DNA of 64,000 nucleotides from assembly GCA_963711785.1 (NCBI GenBank), contig CAVQFF010000008.1, positions 158,672 through 222,671 of the forward strand, given 5' to 3'. Source of the stretch: an uncultured Thermoleophilia bacterium (GTDB lineage: Bacteria > Actinomycetota > Thermoleophilia > Gaiellales > Gaiellaceae). Every line of letters starts with the position of its first letter. The first letter of the stretch is position 1. Shown here piece after piece: positions 7,417 through 15,819 of this stretch. Position numbers and translations under genes: made by a program. Under the pieces are notes generated by a model. The model had not been told where the DNA came from and did not search any database. It saw only the letters and a program-made list of their open reading frames with translations.

Positions 7417-9305
7417 TTGACCACCGCCTTCCCCGCCGCGACCATCACGCGCGACGGCGAGTGCTTGAGAACGAAGTCGACCGTGCCGCCAAAGATGGTC
7501 TTGTGCTGGCCGCGCCGCGCACCCAGCACGATGATCTCCGCGCCCCGGCGATCCGCCTCCTCGATGATCGCCCGTCCGGCATTCCGCGCCCGGGCGACGC
7601 GCTCGACGACCCGCACGCCGTACGGCTCGGCCACGGCGCGTGCTTCGTCCAGCAGGTCATCGGCCTCCTCGAGCTGTTCGGTCAGATCGCAGTCCAGCGG
7701 CAGTTCGAGCGGCACGACCACCACGCGGAGCAGCACGATGCGGCCCGCCCGCTCCGTCGCGAGGCGCGCCGCGAGCTCGACCGCCTCGCGGGATTCCGGG
7801 CCGGCCACGATCGGCACCAGGATTGAACGGTACTCGAGTGCGATTGCGGCGCCGAGCGGCACCGGGGCACGCACCGTCGTGGTCAACGGCAGGTGCTGCG
7901 AGCGCCGGTAGAGGACGTAGAAGACGAAACCCGCTGCGAGCCAGACGAATCCGGCATATCGGGTCGGCGCGTCCTGGACGACGACGACGAGCCAGGCAGC
8001 AGCCGTTCCGAGACCACCGACGATCGCGAACAGCGGCCAGTCGATCCCGCCGAGCCTCAGATTCGGGCGCGCCTCCCACTCGAGCTCCTTCCCCTGCGCG
8101 CGGACGCGCAACGCGACGATCGAGGCATGCGCGATCGTGAACGAGAGCATCGCGCCGAACGCGTACATCCGGCCGAGGAAGTCGACCTTCCCCGAGACGA
8201 TGAAGACCGTCGGACCGACGGCTCCGAACACGATCAGCGCGAGCCACGGCGTCTTCAGCTTCGGGTGCAGCCGGCGAAACACCTCGGGCAGCTGCCGGTG
8301 GCTCGACATCGCGTACGTGATCCGCGAGGCTCCGATCACACCCGCGTTCGTCGCGATGAACAGGATCGTCGCTGCGAGGATCCCGACATAGACCTTCGCC
8401 GTGGCGAGAACAAACCCATGGAGACCGAGGTTCTCGACGAGACCGAGCACCGGGTCGTTCTTGAACCCGAGCGGAGGTGCCAGCCCCAGCTTGGTGACGT
8501 AATGCCCGTCGACGTTCACGACGGGCATGGCCGAGAGCGCGATCCACGGGAGCGTGAAGTAGATGGCGAAGACCGCGATCGCCACCCACGAGATCGCACG
8601 GGGGATCGAGCGCACGGGATCGCGCGCCTCCTCTGCCAGATTGGAGACCGTCTCGATCCCGGTGTAGGCGATCATCGCCACCGGAATCGCCAGCAGGAAG
8701 GCGCTCCAGGTCGGCGCGACGCCCAGGTGGACGTTCGCTCGCAGGACGTGCGGGTGGAAGATCAGGAAGAAGCCGAGCCCGACGAGCAGGAGCTGCGTGG
8801 CGAAGTCGATCACGGCGAGGAAGATGTTGAGGTTCGCCGCCTCCTTGATCCCCACGATGTTGATGCCGACGAGGAGCCAGGTCAGGACGATGCCGACGAT
8901 GATGTCCCAGGGGTTCGTCCTCAGCGGCTCCCAGAAGATCGACAGGTAGTGCGGGACGAAGATCACCGAGATCGCGACGGTGATCACGTAGTTGAGCATC
9001 TGGGCCCAGGCCGCGAAGAACGATACGAGCTCGTTGAACGCGTGCCGCGCGAAGCTCGACGACCCGCCCGCCTCGGGATAGCGAACTGTGCCCTCGGCGT
9101 AGGTCGCCGCCGTCGCGGCAAAGATCAGGCCGCTAATGATGAAGACGATCGGGGTGAGGCCGAGCGCGATCCCGGCCGTCAGGCCGAGCGCGTAGTAGAT
9201 CGACGAGCCGACATTGCCGTAGGCGGTCGCGAAGAGCGCGGGCGCGCCGAGGACGCGTTCGAGGCCGCTGCTCTGTCTCCGCCGCCGTGGCACGACGGCG
9301 AACAC
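7413..9305 (-). CDS. APC-superfamily permease with a C-terminal USP domain (paralogue of 5353..7245)
   Basis: 630 aa with the same architecture and length as its neighbour. The N-terminus is ALFATAYGNVGSSIYYALGLTAGIALGLTP. The USP tail is YRSILVPIVAG...IIVLGARRGQHKTIFGGTVDFVLKHSPSRVMV. Confidence 0.85.
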   Translation of the reverse strand: MFAVVPRRRRQSSGLERVLGAPALFATAYGNVGSSIYYALGLTAGIALGLTPIVFIISGLIFAATAATYAEGTVRYPEAGGSSSFARHAFNELVSFFAAWAQMLNYVITVAISVIFVPHYLSIFWEPLRTNPWDIIVGIVLTWLLVGINIVGIKEAANLNIFLAVIDFATQLLLVGLGFFLIFHPHVLRANVHLGVAPTWSAFLLAIPVAMIAYTGIETVSNLAEEARDPVRSIPRAISWVAIAVFAIYFTLPWIALSAMPVVNVDGHYVTKLGLAPPLGFKNDPVLGLVENLGLHGFVLATAKVYVGILAATILFIATNAGVIGASRITYAMSSHRQLPEVFRRLHPKLKTPWLALIVFGAVGPTVFIVSGKVDFLGRMYAFGAMLSFTIAHASIVALRVRAQGKELEWEARPNLRLGGIDWPLFAIVGGLGTAAAWLVVVVQDAPTRYAGFVWLAAGFVFYVLYRRSQHLPLTTTVRAPVPLGAAIALEYRSILVPIVAGPESREAVELAARLATERAGRIVLLRVVVVPLELPLDCDLTEQLEEADDLLDEARAVAEPYGVRVVERVARARNAGRAIIEEADRRGAEIIVLGARRGQHKTIFGGTVDFVLKHSPSRVMVAAGKAVVK

Positions 9306-9312
9306 TACGTCG

Positions 9313-11568
9313 CTAGCGGAAGAGCTGGTAGGGCACCGAGGAGAGGATCACGTGCCGCTCGAAGAGCAGCAGCCGCTTGATGTAGAGCGCCCGTTGATTG
9401 TGGAGCAGCCGGGCCGACCCGCGGACGACCATCTCCGGCATGACGATGTTGACCACGGTGCCCGGGTCGGCGGTCAGCTCACGGATGTACGCTCGAAGCG
9501 GCGTGCCGATGTCGCGATAGGGCGCGTCGCTCAGATCCAGAGGCAGCGTGAGCCCGGCCCGCTGCCACTCCCCTCTGAACTGCTCGGCGTTCTCGCCGTC
9601 GAACGCGAACGAGACCGCGCGGACATCCTCCACTCCCAGCGACTGCGCGTAGCTGATCGCCCGCATCGCCCCGGCATGGACGTTGGCGAGCAGCACGCGG
9701 ACGACGACCCGGCTGGGCGTCTGGCCCGCGGCAGCGCGCTGGGTCGTGACGACGGGCACGTCGGTCACCACCACTCCGGGCTCGGACAGGAGACGCAGCT
9801 TGAGCCGGAAAGATGTTCGGCCGGCGGCCGAGAGAAACGACTGCCGCTTGAACTGCTCCGGGATCACGACGGTGACGAAATCCGACTCCCCGCGCGGCAG
9901 TCGCCACACCTCCTCGAGCAGCGCCTGCATCCTCCCTTCCTCCGTCGAGAGGATCTCGAGCTTCGGCTCCTCCTGGGCGAAATCCCACCAACGCGGGCGG
10001 ATGCCGGGGTCGGTGTGCTTGCCCGGCGCGAGCAACGCCCTGATCGGCCCCTCGTGGTGAATCGCGCGCGCGTACCAGAGCGCCCCCTCCGTTGCGACGT
10101 CGAGCGATTCCACCCAAAGGAGGATCTTGTTCGTCGGCGTGCGCGCCGTCCGCACGGCGCTGACGCCGACGCGCAGGCGGCGGCCGAAGCGCCGGTAATG
10201 GCGGTTGATGCCGACGAACAGCAGCACGAGCAGCGGGATGGCGACGATCACGAGCCAGGCGCCCTCGGAGAACTTCGACCAGATGACGACGACCGCGACG
10301 ACACCGGTCGTCACGGCGCCCAGAGAGTTGACCGCGCCGCGGTACTGCCACCCCGGGTCGCGCGTGCGCAACCAGTAGCGCACCATGCCCGCCTGCGAAA
10401 GCGTGAACGCGGTGAAGACGCCGACGACGTACAGGTGGATCAGCGAGTTGACGTTCGCGTGGTAGATGACGATCAGCGCCATCGCGGCGCCGGTGAGAAC
10501 GACAACGCCGTTCGAGAAGACGAGCCGGTCACCCAGGTTCGTGAACTGCCGCGCGACGAAGCGATCCTTCGCGAGCAGAGCAGAGAGGCGCGGGAAGCCC
10601 TGGTAGGACGTGTTGGCAGCGAGCACGAGGATCGCGAAGGTGAAGACCTGGACGACCCAGTACATGAACGACGCTGCACTTCCGACGGGGAACGCCGCAC
10701 GCGCGATCTGCGAGAGCACGGAATCGGTCGAGCTCGGACGGGCGTGCATGTGCACCGCGAGCCACGAGACACCGAGGAAGAGACTGATCGCGATCGTCCC
10801 GAGCACGGCGAGCGTGCGCGCGGCGTTCGCAGACTGAGGCCGCTTGAACGCGTTCACGCCGTTGGCGATCGCCTCGACGCCGGTCAACGCCGACGCGCCC
10901 GAGGAGAAGGCCCGCAGCAGAACCAGCACGCCGACGGCCCCCGCACCGGCGGCGAGCGGATTCGGGGCGACAGCGTGCGGGCAGGTTCCGACCGTGCAGC
11001 GCGCGATCCCCGTCCCGATCGCGATGTAGAGCGCGATGATGAACCCGTAGGTCGGGATCGCGAAGAGGAACCCGGCCTCCTTGACGCCGCGGAGATTGAC
11101 GAGCGCGATCAGCCCGATCGCGGCGAGCGACAGCTCGACGCGGTACGGCGCGAGCGACGAGACGGCCGAGGTGATCGCGAAGATGCCGCCGGCCACCGAG
11201 ACCGCGACTGTGAGGACGTAGTCGACGAGCAGCGCGGCTGCGGCAACGAGGGACGGGATCTTGCCGAGGTTCTCCTTCGCGACGATGTACGCGCCGCCCG
11301 ACTGGGCGTACGCCCGAACGGTCTGCCGGTAGGAGGCGACGACGATCGCCATGAGGATCGAGACGGCCGCGGCGATCGGCAGCGTCCAACGCAGTGCACC
11401 GAGCGAGACGCCGACCAGGACGACCATGGCCGCCTCGGTCGCGTAAGCGACCGAGGAGATCGCGTCCGCGGAGAAGATCGGCAGGGCGAGCGAGATCGGG
11501 AGGAGCTGGTCCTCCATCTGACCGGACGCCATCGGGCGTCCGACCACGTAGCGCTTGAGCCGGGGCAC
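9313..11568 (-). CDS. KimA-like APC-superfamily transporter (putative K+/H+ symporter) with a long cytoplasmic C-terminal alpha/beta region
   Basis: 751 aa. The N-terminus LKRYVVGRPMASGQMEDQLLPISLALPIFSADAISSVAYATEAAMVVL matches, from memory, the KimA-type start (RFLIGKPL...LSSDALSSVAYGTEQIL). There are about 12 TM segments, followed by about 300 aa containing two USP-like alpha/beta segments. The substrate is inferred, not proven. Confidence 0.65.
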   Translation of the reverse strand: MPRLKRYVVGRPMASGQMEDQLLPISLALPIFSADAISSVAYATEAAMVVLVGVSLGALRWTLPIAAAVSILMAIVVASYRQTVRAYAQSGGAYIVAKENLGKIPSLVAAAALLVDYVLTVAVSVAGGIFAITSAVSSLAPYRVELSLAAIGLIALVNLRGVKEAGFLFAIPTYGFIIALYIAIGTGIARCTVGTCPHAVAPNPLAAGAGAVGVLVLLRAFSSGASALTGVEAIANGVNAFKRPQSANAARTLAVLGTIAISLFLGVSWLAVHMHARPSSTDSVLSQIARAAFPVGSAASFMYWVVQVFTFAILVLAANTSYQGFPRLSALLAKDRFVARQFTNLGDRLVFSNGVVVLTGAAMALIVIYHANVNSLIHLYVVGVFTAFTLSQAGMVRYWLRTRDPGWQYRGAVNSLGAVTTGVVAVVVIWSKFSEGAWLVIVAIPLLVLLFVGINRHYRRFGRRLRVGVSAVRTARTPTNKILLWVESLDVATEGALWYARAIHHEGPIRALLAPGKHTDPGIRPRWWDFAQEEPKLEILSTEEGRMQALLEEVWRLPRGESDFVTVVIPEQFKRQSFLSAAGRTSFRLKLRLLSEPGVVVTDVPVVTTQRAAAGQTPSRVVVRVLLANVHAGAMRAISYAQSLGVEDVRAVSFAFDGENAEQFRGEWQRAGLTLPLDLSDAPYRDIGTPLRAYIRELTADPGTVVNIVMPEMVVRGSARLLHNQRALYIKRLLLFERHVILSSVPYQLFR

Positions 11569-11588
11569 GCCCGGGGGAAGCTACATAG

Positions 11589-12092
11589 TCAAGCGGCGAG
11601 ACTCGGGGCCGGCCGCAGGACGATCGTCTCGGCCGGGGCGTTGGTCAGAAGCCACGCGAGCTCCTTCGCGCTGAAGCCCGAGGCGGGCGCGACGATCCGC
11701 TCGAAGCTCTCGACCTCCCACAGCCGGCGAAGCGCGTGCGTCAGCGAGCGACCCTTCTCGATCCTCGCATCGACCGGCACGCCGGCGCGCAGGGCGGCGA
11801 GCTCGACCGCCTCGAGCAACGGCACTGCCACGGCAACCTGGTCACGCCGGGGAGCCTCTTCCGGATACTGCAACGGGACGACGAGCAGGTACGCGGCGAC
11901 GAGTGTGGACTCCTGGGCTCTGGCGATCCGGATCGCCGCGTTCAGCACCGTCGGCTCGAGCGCGCCCGAGAACGGGACGAGGATGCGGCCCTTGCCCTCG
12001 TAGCGGGCGCGCGGCCGGCGGGCGCGATACGCGAGGGCTGCGACGAGCCCTAGCGCGGCAACGGCCGCGACGGCGATGAGAGCCGGGATCAT
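11589..12092 (-). CDS. Membrane-anchored USP-like protein
   Basis: 167 aa with one N-terminal TM helix (MIPALIAVAAVAALGLVAALAY), then GRILVPFSGALEPTVLNAAIRIARAQESTLVAAYLLVVP, a USP/HUP-type fold. It has a 4-nt overlap with the upstream KdpD-N gene. Confidence 0.55.
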   Translation of the reverse strand: MIPALIAVAAVAALGLVAALAYRARRPRARYEGKGRILVPFSGALEPTVLNAAIRIARAQESTLVAAYLLVVPLQYPEEAPRRDQVAVAVPLLEAVELAALRAGVPVDARIEKGRSLTHALRRLWEVESFERIVAPASGFSAKELAWLLTNAPAETIVLRPAPSLAA

Positions 12093-13174
12093 GAGCGCTC
12101 CTCACGGTCGGCACGATTCGCGATCACGCGAATGTCGATGCCCGGCAACTCGCGCACGAGCGCGGAAACGAGCGAGCCGCGGAAGATCTCCCGCCGCCGG
12201 CTCTCGTTCGGCGTCCCGACGAGCACATAGGTCGAGCCGCGCTCTTCGACGACCCGCTGAACCGTGTCGACGAGGCTGTCACCCTCCTCCTCGAGGAAGT
12301 GCGCACCGAGGACGACGGCCAACCGCCGCAGCGCCGCAAGCTGCACCTGCTCGCCCGGCCTCAGCTCGTGGCCGCGCTGCCGCACCCAGAGCGCGTCGAG
12401 GGGCGCGCCGAGGCGCTCCGCCGAGCGCCAGGCGCGACGGAGGATCCGTTGCGACCTCGGTTCGGGGGTGACGAGCGCGAGCACGCGCTCCGCCACAGCC
12501 TGCGCGCTGAGCGGATCGAGCACGACGGCCTGGCGGCGCGCTCCTACTCCCTCTGCAACCTCGCGCAGCGCGAGCTCCCGCAGCGCCGACAGGCGGTCGG
12601 TCCGGAAGAAGTTGTCGAGCGCGACTCCAGCGCGCTCGGGTGAGTAGACCTTGCCGGCCCGCAGCCGCTCCTGCAGTGCCTCGGGCGTGAGGTCGACCAG
12701 CACGACCTCGTCCGCGCTCTCGAGCACCTGGTCGGGAAACGTCTCTCGTACCCGGACCTCCGTGAGCTCGGCGATCGCGTCGTTCAGGCTCTCGAGGTGC
12801 TGGATGTTGACGGTGGAGATCACGTCGATGCCTGCCGCCAGCACCTCGTCGATGTCCTGCCAGCGCTTCTCGTTGCGCGCGTCCGGCAGGTTCGTGTGCG
12901 CGAGCTCGTCGATCACCGCCAGCTCGGGCGCGCGGCGAATCACCGCGTCGACATCCATCTCCTCCAGCTCCAGGCCGCCGTGGGTCGAGCGCAGCCGCGG
13001 CACGTGCTCGAGCCCCTCCGCCAGAGCGGTGGTCTCGGGGCGGTCGTGGGGCTCGAGGTAGCCGATCACGACGTCGCGCCCGTCCGCATGTGCCGAGCGC
13101 CCCTCCTGCAGCATCCGGTAGGTCTTCCCGACACCCGCCGCCATCCCCAGCAGGATCCGATAGCGGCCACGCAC
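12089..13174 (-). CDS. kdpD: Stand-alone KdpD N-terminal sensor protein (KdpD domain plus USP domain, no kinase)
   Basis: 361 aa. YRILLGMAAGVGKTYRMLQEG is a Walker-A-like motif. VIDELAHTN, DVISTVNIQHLESLND and LQERLRAGKVY are hallmarks of the KdpD N-terminal domain. A USP-like C-terminal half follows. No TM or HisKA/HATPase region is present. Confidence 0.85.
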   Translation of the reverse strand: MRGRYRILLGMAAGVGKTYRMLQEGRSAHADGRDVVIGYLEPHDRPETTALAEGLEHVPRLRSTHGGLELEEMDVDAVIRRAPELAVIDELAHTNLPDARNEKRWQDIDEVLAAGIDVISTVNIQHLESLNDAIAELTEVRVRETFPDQVLESADEVVLVDLTPEALQERLRAGKVYSPERAGVALDNFFRTDRLSALRELALREVAEGVGARRQAVVLDPLSAQAVAERVLALVTPEPRSQRILRRAWRSAERLGAPLDALWVRQRGHELRPGEQVQLAALRRLAVVLGAHFLEEEGDSLVDTVQRVVEERGSTYVLVGTPNESRRREIFRGSLVSALVRELPGIDIRVIANRADREERS

Positions 13175-13185
13175 CGCGGCCGATC

Positions 13186-15229
13186 CTACGCCCCGAAGAC
13201 GCCGGAAACGATCAGGTCGATCAACTTGATCCCGACGAACGGCAGGATCACGCCGCCCAGTCCGTAGATCAGCAGGTTGCGGCGCAGGAGCGCCGTCGCG
13301 CCGATCGCACGGTACTTGACACCCTTGAGAGCCAGCGGGATCAGCGCAGGGATGATCAGGGCGTTGAAGATGATCGCCGAGATGATGGCGCTCTGCGGGC
13401 TGCCCAGCTGCATGATGTTGAGCTTCTGCAGCGGCCCGTGCTCTCCGGGATGCGCGGCATAGGTGAACGCGAACATGGCCGGCAGGATCGCGAAGTACTT
13501 CGCGACGTCGTTGGCGATCGAAAAGGTTGTCAGCGCTCCGCGCGTGATCAGGAGCTGCTTGCCGACCTCGACGATCTCGATCAGCTTCGTCGGGTTCGAG
13601 TCGAGGTCGACCATATTGCCGGCTTCTTTCGCAGCGGACGTGCCGGTGTTCATCGCGACGCCGACATCCGCCTGAGCGAGCGCCGGTGCGTCGTTGGTGC
13701 CGTCGCCGGTCATCGCGACCATGCGTCCCTTCGACTGCTCCTCCTTGATCAGCGCCATCTTGGTCTCGGGGGTCGCCTCTGCAAGGAAGTCGTCGACGCC
13801 CGCTTCCTGCGCGATCACGGCTGCGGTCACACGGTTGTCGCCGGTGATCATCACCGTGCGGATGCCCATGCGGCGAAGCTCGTCGAAGCGCTCGCCCATC
13901 CCGCCCTTGACGATGTCCTTCAGGTGGACGACACCGAGCGCGAAGTTGTCCTTGGCAACGACGAGCGGCGTGCCGCCCTGCTCCGCGACCCCTTGTACGA
14001 TCCGGTCCAGGTCCGCGGGCGCACTGCCACCCTGCTCGGCGATGAATCGCTTGACCGCGTCGCCGGCTCCCTTGCGGATCAGCGTGCCGTTCATGTTCAC
14101 GCCGCTCATGCGCGTCGTGGCGCTGAACGGCACGAACTCGTGCTCCCCGAGGATGCGCTCGCGCAGGCCGAACCGCTCCTTCGCCAGAACGACGATCGAG
14201 CGTCCCTCCGGCGTCTCGTCGGCGAGCGAAGCGAGCTGGGCCACTTCGGCGAGCTCGCGCTCCTCGACGCCTTCGATCGGCAGGAACTCGGCTGCCTGGC
14301 GATTGCCGAGCGTGATCGTGCCGGTCTTGTCGAGCAGCAGCACGTCAACGTCGCCGGAGGCCTCGACCGCGCGTCCCGACATCGCGAGGACGTTGCGCTG
14401 GACGAGCCGGTCCATGCCGGCGATGCCGATCGCAGAGAGAAGCCCACCGATGGTCGTGGGGATCAGCGCCACGAGTAGTGCGATCAACACGGTCTCCGAG
14501 GTCGGCGTGCCGGCGTAGATCGCGAACGGCCGCAGCGTCACGACCGCCGCGAGAAAGGTGATCGTGAGGCCGGCCAGCAGAATGTTGAGCGCGATCTCGT
14601 TCGGGGTCTTGCGCCGTTCGGCGCCCTCCACGAGCGCGATCATGCGGTCCAGGAACGACTTGCCAGGCTCCTGGGTGACCTCGATCACGAGCTGGTCGGA
14701 CAGCAGCTTGGTGCCGCCGGTCACTGCCGAGCGGTCGCCTCCCGCCTCTCGGATCACGGGCGCCGACTCGCCGGTGATCGCCGACTCGTCGACCGAGCCG
14801 ACACCCTCGATGATCTCACCGTCGGCCGGGATGACCTCTCCGGCCTCGACGACGACGACATCGCCGCGCTGCAGCTCCGGCGCCGCGACGCGACCTGCCG
14901 TCGCGCAACCGCGCGTTCGTCGTCGTCCGCGTCGCCCGCAACGCGTCCGCCTGTGCCTTGCCGCGGCCCTCGGCGATCGCCTCGGCGAAGTTCGCGAACA
15001 GGACCGTCAGCCAGAGCCAGATGGCGATCGTGGCGACGAACCCGAGGTTGTCGGTGTTGCCGCGCGCGAGGTTCAAGAAGAAGATCCCCGTCGTGATCAC
15101 GCTGCCGAGCTCGACGATGAACATCACCGGGTTCTTCAGCTGCAGCCGGGGATTGAGCTTCGGGAACGAGTCACGGACTGCCGCGATCGCAAGCTCACTC
15201 GTGAAGATGCTTGACCTCCGGCGCGCCAT
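13186..15229 (-). CDS. kdpB: K+-transporting P-type ATPase subunit KdpB, reading frame broken by one extra nucleotide
   Basis: Track ORFs 14816..15229 (N-terminus: [36 protein letters not shown]) and 13186..14757 together form a full KdpB. Extending the 13186..14757 frame upstream gives [53 protein letters not shown]; DKTGTIT and [12 protein letters not shown] are also present. The total span is 2044 nt (3n+1). The frame switch lies at about 14888..14900. Confidence 0.9.
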
Positions 15230-15819
15230 TACTTTCCGGTCTCCTTGTCGAGAGCGAGGTTCAGTTCGAGCACGTTGACTCCCGCCTCGCCGAACACGCC
15301 CAGCCAGCGGCCGTCGGTGTTCTGCGAGATCAGCTTCTGCACCGTTGCGAGCGGCAGATGCCGGACCGCGGCAATGCGATGTGCCTGGAGCCGCGCGTAG
15401 GCAGGCGAGATGTCCGGATCGATGCCCGATGCGGAGGTGACCACCGCGTCGACCGGGATGTCGTGGATCGTCAGGCCCGGGTTGTAGGGGCCTTCGAGCT
15501 TGAGCACGGCCTTGGCGTTGTCCGAGACGAGCTTGGCCAGCGCCGGGTTCGTCGGGCCGTAGTTCTCGAACGTCGTCCCGGCGGCGTTGTACGCGGGGGA
15601 CGTGGCGGTCGGCCGCTCCATGAAGTACTTGGAGCTCGTGAACCCTTGCGCGGCCAGACGCGACCCGACCGTCACGCCATCGTGCTTGATCAAACTGCCC
15701 TGAGCCTGGCTCGGGAAGGCGACCGACGCGAAGCCGGTCATCACCACCGGGTAGAGAAGCCCGAAGAAGAGCGTCATCACGACCACGGCAACCGCAGAGC
15801 CACCGATCACGCGCATCAT
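15229..15819 (-). CDS. kdpC: K+-transporting ATPase subunit KdpC
   Basis: 196 aa. LLYPVVMTGFASVAFPSQAQGSLI, VTSASGIDPDISPAYARLQAHRIA and VNVLELNLALDK match KdpC. It has 1-nt overlaps with kdpA (TGATG) and kdpB (TAATG). Confidence 0.9.
   Translation of the reverse strand: MMRVIGGSAVAVVVMTLFFGLLYPVVMTGFASVAFPSQAQGSLIKHDGVTVGSRLAAQGFTSSKYFMERPTATSPAYNAAGTTFENYGPTNPALAKLVSDNAKAVLKLEGPYNPGLTIHDIPVDAVVTSASGIDPDISPAYARLQAHRIAAVRHLPLATVQKLISQNTDGRWLGVFGEAGVNVLELNLALDKETGK

Noticed and set aside
9352-12003. 883-aa + strand ORF opposite the KimA-like and USP genes
   Set aside because: It is a very Arg/Asp/Glu-rich antisense shadow, whereas the minus-strand frame has a convincing transporter sequence and high GC3.
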